Assembly (NCBI GenBank): GCA_963693365.1
Contig: CAVNZM010000003.1
Location: 7,497,312-7,561,311, forward strand
From: Amoebidium appalachense
Lineage: Eukaryota > Protista > Ichthyosporea
Length of the DNA: 64,000 nucleotides
Direction of reading: 5' to 3'
This document shows positions 33,997 through 54,395 of this stretch, one piece after another. The translations under genes were made by a program, and so were the position numbers. Numbering within the stretch: the first letter of the stretch is position 1; each line of letters starts with the position of its first letter. The notes under the pieces were generated by a model that was not told where the DNA came from, did not search any database, and was given only the letters and a program-made list of their open reading frames with translations.

Positions 33997-36598
33997 TTGG
34001 CGACCGCGCAGTTCAAGAATCTCGCATCCTTCGAATCTCACATCTTTCAATCAGTTCAAGAATCTCACATCATTCAATTACCCCAAGAATCTGCCATGGC
34101 CGATCACAATCCTTTTTACCACGATGATAGGCACATCTTTCTTTGTCAGGCTTAGAATACATACACATCGACAAGTTTGAAGTGGCCAGCCCACCTCTAA
34201 GAACACGGAAAGAATTGAAAGCATGAAAACCACCTTATACTACGACACATAAAAAACGCGAAGAAAAACGAATACACGAACAAACGATTAAAGAATTGCT
34301 AACGAAGCAATGAACCAACGAAAAACGAACCATCACGAATACACAATGAAATAAAGAATTAACGACAAACGAATGCATAGAGGAAATACGAAATGAATGC
34401 AACACGAAAACAAAACGAAGTAACGAAGTTATCAAACGACAAAAAACGAAAAACGAAAGCAAAATGAATTGGAAATACGAAAATGAAAGAACGAATGCAC
34501 AACACTGCTTGGGTTGCAATGCACACAGCCCCCTCTATGTTAGGAGGAAAATAAAACCGTTGCCCTTGCGTGCATTGCGCTATTGCACACTGCCATCGTG
34601 TCCATGCCACCGCATGCACGTCCACACTCGCAAGCTGGCAGATGCACGGCCACTTTCAGCACGAATGCATTTAAAGAAGAAGATAGTCGCTGTTCCTATA
34701 GCATGTAGGACATAAGGTGCTGTGAAAGTAGTTTTGCATGCATGCTTCGAATTTCTTGCTGTTGTCGAATACAGCATGCCCCATAGTTTAGCGCACAGGA
34801 TGCACAACATGCGCATGAATGTATGCTGGCATGCCTAAACACATTACGAACATATGGCTCATGTATGGCCCTTCCTGGTGCCATGCAACAACGAATTTGC
34901 ACTCTTGGTGCACAGAAGGCATGTAATAAAGTCGATGCAGAACTTTTGTTCGTGCATGCGAAACAAACGAAGCTGTGGGGTACGAATTTACAGGTAACTG
35001 CCAGTGTGTGGCAATACTGTACAAATACTATAACATACGAGCTATGCTGTAAAGCCTGGAATACCTGCATGCAAATTAAAATTGCTGCCGGCACACCCCC
35101 ACCAGAATAAAGAAAACAAAAGAATGTGGTATGGGCACCGTTCCCTCACAACCCCAGCATACAGCGTCAGTATTTTGGCTGGAAGCCTTTCAGTTTCGAA
35201 TTACGAATACCCTCCTTCACTACTGAAGAAAGTGACGTGGAAGACGAATACGAATACGAATGCAAGGTGTTGTTGACTAACACATCGGACCATCATGTGT
35301 ACCTAGGCCCTGGTACGGAGGTGACCATGTTATTCCCTTGCAATATGATGACACTGTAACAATTTAGCACGTGCATACCCCACCAATGGGCACATGCGGG
35401 AGACAACCCCACAAGCTGCCTTATTGGGCACCTCTGCTAAAACGAATATTCTTCTCACGAAGGAACAGAAGAATGCCACGAACACGAACCACACACTCCC
35501 CAGGCAGCTACTTACGTGTGATGTATGAAAGTAGTAGGTGTGTGAATTGGGTAACTCCATGAACACCAACACGAAAGAAAGCACAGCACAAAGCAGTTCC
35601 ACGAACACGAATGGTTTTGGTTTTCCACACAACGAACAGAACCAACAGTAGGGCCACCTACAAATGAAGCAGAGGATGGGGCACCATCCAGACCTGCACT
35701 GGAGGATATGAAAACACGAAGCGCGCTCACGAAGTTGCTTACAAAAGAAAGGGCGACTGTGACGACTTTTCTTTTTAGGCCAAGCCTCCAGAAGAATGTA
35801 TTATGCCTGGAATCCCCCTGCTCAACGAAAATGGCTGGCAAATGGGATACGAAAACTGCTCACGAATGGAAGCATGTGTTTTCTGAAGAAGGCTTGCTTT
35901 GCCTACCCTCTTCTTATGAATTATGAACCGGGTTTTTACTGGTTCTGACGGGCTGATATATTTCTTTATGTCGCCCAACGAAGAACATTTAGGGCATTCT
36001 TATTCATGCTATTCCCGGCTCCGATGATGCAGGGTTAAAGCTGAAAGGAAAGAAGTGCTCTTTGTTCATGAAAGAAGTGGCTTTTCCGGCCATGGTGACT
36101 CGCCTTACAGTCTTAAGGTAGAACCGGGATAAGGAGCAGTGGCTAAGCCTTGAAGCTATCCACCACTACCTGAGCTACGAAGTGACCTAAGGCTTGAGTT
36201 ATATTCATTATCGAATGTTTGGTATGATCATTCATCCACACAACCAAATTACTCGCAATTGAAAACGAATCTGCGGGAGTATCCTAAAAAGGAAAAATTC
36301 CCAAAAAGAAAAATACTACTTCTACAGAAAAGCCAAGCACAGAGACGAAGCGAACAATTCGCACACACTCTGCAATAATCTTCGCCACGAAAATGAAATC
36401 ACAGAAGAATGCTGCATGAATTTACGTTTTGGCAAATGAAGAAGTGCTCATAGACGTGCACAACTCTATTCAACCGTCCTTGCTCTGTTCTGCCCAGCAG
36501 GTCGGCGCACGAGAATTCTCGCTGAAGGTTGTTTATCGCCTCTCAGCCTGGTGGTTTGCTTGTCTAACGACACCACCAGGCTCCCAACAAGGGGGGAG

Positions 36599-37078
36599 TG
36601 TAAACAACTGTACACATGAACTGTACATGTTTACTAAAGAATGTGATCTACTAGCACACGATTCGTGCTTTGTCATGAATATCACATAAATATTATGTCC
36701 GCACCAATAGGACTCACTCTGACCTAAGAATTGAACCATATATGGTTCTTCCGCTGCATACCACATAAACGAAGTGAACCAATAAGAGGTTTGCATAAAT
36801 AGGACGAAGGTCTGACTGGCTCGGACCGCACCAGAATCACGAATGGCATGTTGCCACCCGCGCTGGCCGCGGATGAACCAATCCTGGGCCTTGATCCGAA
36901 ACCTGGGGGCTATATAACAAAGCCGTCCCAGTACGGGGATCACATCAGTGAAGTCTGAGACAGACTGAGTCGGCCCATAGTAAAAGCAACCTGGCCGCGT
37001 GTGCCTTTCTACCCGTTCTCTGTCTTTATTTTGATTCAGTTGTACTCTGCCTTATCCTAACTAGTCCAACTGTTTACA
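36599..37078 (+). repeat. 3' LTR
   Basis: Matches 33517-33996; only one substitution seen by eye (CCCCGTAC vs CCCAGTAC). Confidence 0.95.
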
Positions 37079-37320
37079 ATATATATATATATATATATAT
37101 ACATCATATATATATATATATATATGGGGTTTACGCTGTTTACTCGAGGCAAAGAGAACCAGTCTCAGGTATGGGGGGGGGGGGTTTGCTCGGAATATCC
37201 CCTCAGCGGTATATCATGATCACGTACATAGATGTCGGGTGGTGACTATATATCAGGGTTTACTTTCTCTACGAGACACCATAAAGACTACAAGGAGAAA
37301 TCAATTAGTTGGGGTTCCCC

Positions 37321-37365
<45 letters not shown>

Positions 37366-37397
37366 GGGCTCCCCTCGGGACACTCGGTATCAGCTGG

Positions 37398-37464
<67 letters not shown>

Positions 37465-37472
<8 letters not shown>

Positions 37473-37561
37473 TGCGCTATAATTTTGTAGTGATGTGTTT
37501 CTCAAGCCAATCAATACATCTTGAGAAACACATCACTACAAAATTATAGCGCACGCGCACA
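37465..37561. repeat. Perfect 42-bp inverted repeat with 13-nt loop
   Basis: TGTGCGCGTGCGCTATAATTTTGTAGTGATGTGTTTCTCAAG, then CCAATCAATACAT, then the exact reverse complement. Confidence 0.95.
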
Positions 37562-37598
37562 TATATCATATCATATATATATACACTCAGAGTACATA

Positions 37599-37681
<83 letters not shown>

Positions 37682-38167
37682 TGGTGGTGGTGGTGGTGGT
37701 GGTGGAAATGGGGCGGGGGAGAGGGGAATTGGGGGATTCAGGGTTGCCTGTGTGGGGGGCCACACTCCCTGGCAGATCGGATGGCAGAGGGCGAGCTAAT
37801 TATTTAGTAAGAGTGGGCATGGGTCTGGACGTGCGCAGGGGGGGAGGGGGGGGGGGGGGGGGGCAGGGGGAGGGGTTAGCCTGGTTACATGAGTGATAGA
37901 GCGGAGGAATGGGAAGGGGTAAAGGGGTGTGGGAGGGAGTCGAGGAGGGAAGAGACCGAAACTTTTGGTACTTTTCCTTGCTTCGTCATTTTGGTCTTAC
38001 TTCAAAGGGCTGTCCTTCTTCCTTTCTTTCTCGATCTCGTTTACATAGTTATATTTGATCTTGCCAACGGTTCTTAATCATGTATATCATTTCTGTCCTA
38101 ACTAGGGCGTCGGGTGGGTACCAGGTTGAGTTATTAATTGATGTGTGGGTGAGTGTGTGTGTGTGGT

Positions 38168-38216
<49 letters not shown>

Positions 38217-38618
38217 CCTGGTAGGTGCAAGATACAACACTGAGTGTGAAAAGTAAGCATAACACGGTGTAATTTGATTTTGAGAGTCAAGTGAGAGTGC
38301 ATATAAAATACGGTTGTTATTTATTGGTTAGCTGCTGAAAAAGGTTCACATGGATGAACAATTTTCCATGAAGAGAGGCCCGGGGCGGCATTGAATGGGC
38401 TGTATTTTATTAACATTTCGGTTGAAAGTTTGTTATTTACAAGACTGTTAGCTTAAGAGGCTGCACACACAGCGCACTGCCGCTCATTGCAGAGCTTTGT
38501 TTTTCAAATGACAAATGATACCGTATTTAAAATCTTCTGGCTTGTAATGTAATACACTAAAACAAGCGCACCACCAATATCTACAAGTTACAAAAACGTG
38601 CAGTACAGTAATGGAACT

Positions 38619-39436
38619 TTAGTAGACCCATGGAGTGGGGCCGCAGCAGCTGCTCTCGAGGCACTTTGGCACGCCCGGGTACATGTTGCTGTAGCGCGTG
38701 CACTCCTTGCCGGTCTGCAGGTACTCGCCCGACGGGCACGTGATGTCGTTGGCCGCCGCCCAGCAGTCGCACCTCCAGTCGTAGTTTGCGTCCGTGGGCG
38801 TCGGGTACGCAGAGCATGCGGGTGTGGGCCCCACGGGGTGGCTACTCGATGTGGGCGTGGGCGTGGTCTTGGTGATGGTGGCTGGGGTCTGGATCAGCGC
38901 GCAGCACTGCTGCTGGCTGCACGGCCCAATGCCGTTCTGCTCCGCACCCACCTCGCTGCTGGAAGTCGTGGGAACATTCTCGAAGCATTCGTAGTTTTCC
39001 AGCACGCTCTGCCAGTTGCTGACACGGGGCCAGCCGCACTGCGCGCCGGCATCTGTCCAGTCATAGCAGTTTGAGAGCACTTTCACGTACTGCACGCAGC
39101 AGTAGGCGGTGCTGCAGGCATCCTCCTCGTCGCCATTCTCGACACATGATTGGTTGTCCACGCCGTTGGCACACTGCACGCCGTTTTTACTGGCCCATGC
39201 GCTGCACATGGTCTCTACCTCTGTGGGCGTGCAGCAATACTCGGTGCTGCACGAGTCTGGGTCGGTGAAGTGGCGGGGTTGCACATGTGGTCTGTCTGCA
39301 CGGAGTTGTAGCAGATCGTGCCCGAGTTGGCCACCCACGTGGTGCAGGAGATGAGCGTGGTGCCGCGGGTGCTCATGGCTGTGGCCTGCGCTGCGAGGCC
39401 AAAGACCGCCACGGCCATGTGTGTGATGGGTGCCAT
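38619..39436 (-). CDS. Intronless secreted cysteine-rich repeat protein (~270 aa) with a 1-nt frameshift near 39268
   Basis: Signal-peptide-like MAPITHMAVAVFGLAAQATA, four CxxW...C...C...CxxxxCC modules and a Thr/Pro linker, with strong GC3 bias. Adding one T at GCCAC(T)TTCACC joins the 39436 ORF to the 38619 ORF. Confidence 0.75.
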
Positions 39437-40698
39437 TTTGTCGAAAATATAGTATATTAGTTATATGTTCAGCTGGTTTTAGTTTCAGAAGTGTTGGATG
39501 CAGGTCGCACTTGTTTGATTTTCGTGTAAGCGGTCGTGTAATCTCACTCGGTTGTTGCTTCGGATCGATTGTTGTTGAATGAATGATTCTGGGGGACGTG
39601 TAGGTGGCATTATATACCCAAGAAGGGATCGAACAGCGCAACCAATCAAAAATGAAAACATTTTGTTGCTTTCTATTGGCTCTGAGCTAAAGTTCCAAAA
39701 ATACCATGGGAAAGGCAATCATTCTAGGCTACCCTACCCAGTTTGAAGTTGTCTTCTTTTCAAGCAGTAAAACCACGCCCTATGGCGTATGCTTATTTAC
39801 CGTATTGTAGATAAAAAGACTACGGGTGACAAGAAGATCTCTTTGAATGTAGATGAGGATTGTTGGGCATGTATCACGTTGCTGAGGTCGCTGATCATGT
39901 TGGCCACGGTCGCAGCTGATGGCCGGCCGGTGCTGAGTTCAAATGTCGATCAGGGGTTGCCAGGGTCTGGCAACTTTTCTCATATTACTCCAAACGTAAT
40001 CGTATTGCCGGAATTTCTTATTCGTTTTGTTGGAGTTTGTTCCAAATAATACTAGTAAAGCCCCCCCCCTATGTTATAACCTAGAAAATAACACCTCTTT
40101 TAAATCCCGTTTTTCTATATTGATATCAGACCTCGACACGCCAAACAGGGCTACGTATTCTTTCACACCAACGGCAGAATAACCACCAGGCCACTTTTTC
40201 CTAGAAAAATGCCCTTTTTCCTATGAAAAAATACAAGAATATTATATTTAGGTCTATATAAACGATACGATAGACCAATACAGCACCTCACAGCGTTACT
40301 CGTATTGCCCCCCGTGCTTAATCGTAAATACGACACTTTTGGGTCGTATTGCAACCCCTGATGTCGATGTCATCAACACTCTTGTAGCCAATCAAAAGAC
40401 ACCTTCTCTAAAATCTAGGAATGTCCGGGGGTGCAATCACATCGATTATAATCTGGGTCAACGTGTTTCACGAAAACAAGCTCAGTCCTGCGCCGGCCAA
40501 CCAGTCGCCACCAGTCGCCACCCGGACGCTCACAAAAAACTAAATTAGCTTGCGCGGGCAGCTGCTGTTGTTGCGGGTCACACGAAAGATGCCACCCGTG
40601 CATATTTTTTACGTACGTCGCAGCCAGTATTTAAACACACTAGTCAGCCAAGACACTGCAGAACCAGAACCAAGTTCTAATACCTCCCCCTTCCCCCC

Positions 40699-40748
<50 letters not shown>

Positions 40749-40819
40749 GTCACACAAATTTGAACACGCACACACACACGCACACGCACGCACACACGCA
40801 CACGCACACGCACGCACAC

Positions 40820-40905
<86 letters not shown>

Positions 40906-41057
40906 GCACACACACACACACACACATGCATTTACACACACGCGCGCACGCATGCAGGCATACACAAGCACGTCATACACAACACGCACACAACATATGT
41001 ACACGCGCACAGTGTCACACAAACACAGACACACACGCACACATGCACAAACACACA

Positions 41058-41093
<36 letters not shown>

Positions 41094-41118
41094 ACTCCCA
41101 CACACATACACACACCGT

Positions 41119-41169
<51 letters not shown>

Positions 41170-41599
41170 TGACACACACACACACACAGTGACACACACA
41201 CACATACACACACACACACAAACAGTGACAAACACACACACAAACTGACACAAACAGTGACAAACACACACACAAACTGACACACACACACATGTACATA
41301 TACGTACACACACACACGCGCACACACGCACACGCACAGACACACCGTGTAACACACACACACACACACACACACTTGGCACTGACCATACACGCACACA
41401 AAAATGCCCGGGCGCACGTGCACCTACTTGAGGTCATGAACGCTGCATGCAGGCTAACAGTTCAAGCCTTCAACCGGATAAATGTGATCGATTTTTCTCT
41501 CCAGATCTTTGGCAGTGCGTAAAAGTGAATCACCTTGGGGCCGTCAACCTATGACAGCATGACGAAGCTTCGAGTGTGGGGGCCCGGGGGGGACGAGCG

Positions 41600-41635
<36 letters not shown>

Positions 41636-41818
41636 GCTCAATACACGCACACGCACGCAGCACGTGAAACACAAACAACGGAAGACCCATACATCATATT
41701 TGACACAAACTCAGGTATACCCTGGCCACATACCCAGGAACAAATCAGTACCCGCAAACACACACACACACATATACACACACGTGTAATATGCGCGCAC
41801 ATAAACCGGCACACAGTG

Positions 41819-41896
<78 letters not shown>

Positions 41897-42068
41897 GCAC
41901 ACACACACACACTCACACACTCACTCACTCACACACAGTGTACACACACACACGCCTAAGATAGAAAAAGCAAGAGAGAGAGAGGGGTCTAGAGAGGGAA
42001 ACAGAGCTATCTAGAGAGAGAGAGAGAGGAGGGGGGGGGGGGGGGGGGAAGAGAGAGGGGGGGGGGGG

Positions 42069-42153
<85 letters not shown>

Positions 42154-42183
42154 TGTGTGTGTGTGTGTGTGACGGGGGGGGGA

Positions 42184-42225
<42 letters not shown>

Positions 42226-42235
42226 CAGAGAGGGT

Positions 42236-42367
<132 letters not shown>

Positions 42368-42702
42368 AGAGAGAGATAGAAAGCCTTGAGGGGTAACGAG
42401 GGGGAGAGGGGGGGGGGGGGGGTAGGAAGGGAGTGAGTGAGGGAGGGAGGGAGGGAGAGCCGTGTGCGTATGTGTGTGTGCGTGTGTGATAGAAAGAGAA
42501 GGCTTGTCTTTTTGGCTCCTGCCTGCAGTTTGCCTGAATAATTGGTGTTCCTGGCTTTTTTGTTTTCCCCTGTGATTGTGGAATTTTGCTCTTAGGAAAA
42601 CTAAATCCTTCGCGCTCCCAATAGGACTTATTGGAAGTTAGACTAAATATGCGGCACTCGTTTTTCAATTAGTTAGTTCAAAGAAACCGTTTTTTTTTTG
42701 TT

Positions 42703-42733
<31 letters not shown>

Positions 42734-43915
42734 GGGAGGAGGGGGGGAGTGGGGGGAGGGGGGGAGGGGGGAGGAGGGAGATGTTCACCTGAACTTGCGC
42801 AAATAACCGGTATGAATTCGGTGACTCTGTCCTGCCCTTGAACCATGTCACTCCTGTAACGCCTTGCAAGGGACGGGCCTCGAAGAAGAAGCAGATGCAA
42901 CGGAACAACATCGAGAGAGGTGGGTTTCCAGGTAAATTGATATACCGATAACGGGGGAGGTACTTGAGGGGGCGGAGGGGGGAGGGGGGGGGGGGGGGGG
43001 GGGGGGGGATGGGAAGGGCGGAGCGTACAAAGAAGTGGAAAGGCTGCCCTGAGTGTGTGTGGTCGGAGAGCAGGAGCTGAGAGGTGGGGGGGAGGTGGGG
43101 GGGGGGGGGGGGGGGGGGGGGGGGAGAAAGCTCGGGGGAAGTCACTGTGCCCGGACACAGGAGTGGACTGACAATGCACACACGGGTATTAATATTCGGA
43201 GTGAGCCTCCCGGAGAGAAGGATACATAGGAGGAAAGGGTGGGGGAGAGGATGCACATGGGGGTGGGTGGGGGAAGGGCTGGGGGGAGGGGGGAGGCCAG
43301 GGAGGGAGGGGGGAAGGGGGGGGGGAGGGGGGGGGGGGAGGGAGGGGGCGGGGGGGGGGGGGGGAAGGGGGGCAATGCCACTGTATGTTGGTCATGTTGG
43401 TCAGACGAAGGGCGAAGTCACACTCACTCACATCAAATGTACGTGAGTCATCCCGTGAAATCGAAGTTCAGAGATCAAGCCGAGTTACACCCGAGGTTTT
43501 GCCGGTTTTGGCGCCAAACTTTGAGATCCTATGCATATGCTCAGAGGCTCAAGAGCAGGTTCAACCGGAGAAACGAACTTGACAAAACAAAACGTTAGGC
43601 AAAACACATATGAGAAATCGTTTACTGTTCGGTTAGAGGTTGTATTTTGAGTCCAAGTTTATTCTTCTCCACTGTGCATGCATTTCCCAGCCAAATTCCT
43701 GCTTGGATCCTTTGGGCCTCCTTTCTTTTCACCCGGCGGCACCCAGTGTTTCCCTGTGTAGGGTTTACTACATCTTCCCTTTTTTTAGATTTCAAGTCCT
43801 GTTTTATTATCAGCTTTTCTAATAGATGCGGTTTGTTTTAATCCTCTTAAAAAGATTGTCTTGTCATTTTTTCTACTAACATCACGGTAAGGCGTGTTCG
43901 TTTACTCTAGACAAC

Positions 43916-51764
<7,849 letters not shown>

Positions 51765-53662
51765 TAGATTACGGGTGGTAGGTTGGACTGATAGGTTGCT
51801 TTGAATGTTTTCTATGCCTGGCGTGCTTGCATGTGCAGTATTGCAGGCGACGGAGAGGGAGGAGGGGGGGGGAGGGGGAGGGGGAGGGGGGTATGTGTGT
51901 GTGTGTGGGGGGGGGGGGGGGGGGGGGGGAAGGGAGGGGGGAGGGGCAATGGGTAGGGGGGTATGTATGTAGATTGGGTGATGCCAGGCATTCTAAAGGC
52001 TGCAAGAGCTGCCACTTTTAAAGTGGTATTTCTGTATTTGGGAAAATACTACGTATAAATACTACACTCGTAGTATCATTTAGAATAGTGTTTAGATGAG
52101 CAAAGGTGCTGTTTAGCAGCATTATTTTGGTGTGAGGTAGCACACAGTTGCAACACGAGATGGACGGTGAGCATTTATTTGGGTGCTTCTTAGCCGTGCC
52201 ATCAGAAAGAAGTATAAGAGTTTCGTATAGCCACTACAAGATATTCTCCATTGGTGCCTGTGGTATATTGTTATGGTGTTCTGTGGGTTAAGCGTGTCAC
52301 GGTGCCAAACGCTTTGCAAAACACAATACTAGTTGGATCAACTGGGAGCCAACTGTTAATTCAGACTTGAATCTTGTTTAGTTACTTGCTCTCTTGCCTA
52401 CGCCCACGTTGAACGCTAAAACACTGATTGGTATGTCACAGCAGTCATCTAATACAAACTTGTGAGACAATCCGTCTTTTGGATTGTAGTTGAAACGTAA
52501 AAGAAACCTTCTTTTTGCCTCCATTCCTCTAGTTTTCGTGGTGAACCATCCAAGACCCTTTCGCCGTTTCAGGCGCCCCATGCACAGGTTTTATTACACA
52601 GGGGTGTGTGGAAAATCAGGAAAAAACGTAACTATATTCGTTTCAAGTGTCCTAAAAAAGCACCAGAAACTACTATCAGTCGAACCAACCCCGTCTACGT
52701 AATAGTAATCGGTCAACACGGTGACAAACAACTGAGCATAAAAGGCAGTGCGGGGTCACGGTAACACAAACGTACGTATAGGACACAACTGCGCAGTGGC
52801 TCAACTGGCAGCATACCCCATACCCAAGCAGCCGAGATGATTCTATGGGGAGCGCAACGGATTGGTTAGTTATTTGGGGCGGTGCGCTCTACTTTAGAAA
52901 CGACTTCGGCACTGTACTGTGCATTACATTTGTTGTTAATGACTGAGGAAAAGGTTTTCTTTAAAGAACACCCAATAAAAATTCTGACACGCAGTGGGCA
53001 AAACTTGGAACGTGAGAAGTTTTTGTTTCTTGGAATGATTGCAATAGCCGTGAACTCAAATTGGCGGGCTCATGAATTTTCCAAAACACCAAAACCACAT
53101 GTGTCAAGACGACGCTCATTGGCTTATCTAACCCACTGCTACCACACGGGGCTACCAGAGTCCGAGCTTTCGCTCATCATTGCGATATTCTCTTGATATT
53201 TTTGTAATACAGTTCAGCCCTATAAAGTTATCTGATGTAGCTGTTTATAGTTAACCACACTTTTCCTGTCAAAAAAGTCGTGTATGAAGCCACAGCACGT
53301 CAAGTGCAACTTGGAATGTTGTTTGGGAAAGAAAACGATATCATGCACACATTCCTATAAGCTGATTATCACGCACCTCTACGTTCGCTAGAGATACCAC
53401 ATTACTGTTTTTAATTCAATCACAATTACGCGTTTCGATTGGTCGCATAGATGCTTTTTCAAGCAATCATGAAATTTTAGGGGGAGCTGACATTCCAGAG
53501 ATAGATAGCGGGCTCATCATAACGGTAAGTGCTGTGTGACCGCAGGATGCTTCTGAGTGCACAATTCACGTAGTGTTGGGGCAGGGAAGAGGGGGGTAGT
53601 TTTGTCTCATAATATATAGTGTGCAGCGGGGAAAGACAGGCAGAAGGGCCTGGCAAGGAACC

Positions 53663-54358
53663 ATGCAAGCCTACACAGAACTCAGGCTCTCGTTTTCGGA
53701 GCCCACTTCGCCCTACTCGGAGGCGAGCGACGTGAGTGACAACTCAAGGGTGAGTGTCGTGTGTGTGTGTGTGTGTCCGTGGAGTCGTGTGTATTGGGTT
53801 AAAAAGAGGCGTTCATAGGAATGGGTGATGTTGAAGTCTGAACTGTTGTTGACTGTATTACCTTCTACTACATTATATGATGGTTTTTGGCTTTGCAAGG
53901 TTGATGTTTGCGGTGATGAACAGATTCGCCTGGCTCGTACGGAACACTGTTTCTACCCACCTACTTTTCAGAGTTTGCCTGCGGGCTGAAAAATCCCGGG
54001 CTGAAAATCCCGGTATCCCGTGTAGTTATTGCAATTTGCTGCTTCCTTGAAGCGATTCGGTACAAAATGCATGATATCATCTAGGTGCTCGTGTTGATTA
54101 CTTCCTGTACATCGAGAACTTTATGTTTTTTTGAACACACAGTCTTAGGGGAAGTGAGAGTGCTTCCGGTACGGTATAAACTATTGCATTTTTCGGTTTG
54201 CAAAATGTCCTGTACGGCTGTGCAATTCTTTCTTTTTCAATAGTATATTTCGTGTCCGATCCACTAGATGACTCGCTGATTTCATCAGAGATCATTTGAT
54301 TGAGCAAATATTGGTTGGTTGGAAGAAGGGTGGGTCTGTTTGTGTAGAGGGGCGGAGA

Positions 54359-54395
<37 letters not shown>

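Larger units (their letters stand above)
33517..37078 (+). mobile_element. Non-autonomous LTR retrotransposon (Gypsy-like derivative), 3562 bp
   Basis: Two 480-bp LTRs, a PBS-like TGGCGACC after the 5' LTR, a PPT (AAGGGGGGAG) before the 3' LTR, and ATATA flanks within a (TA)n tract. The interior has only decayed coding remnants, e.g. DAGLKLKGKKCSLFMKEVAF at ~36025-36085. Confidence 0.93.
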
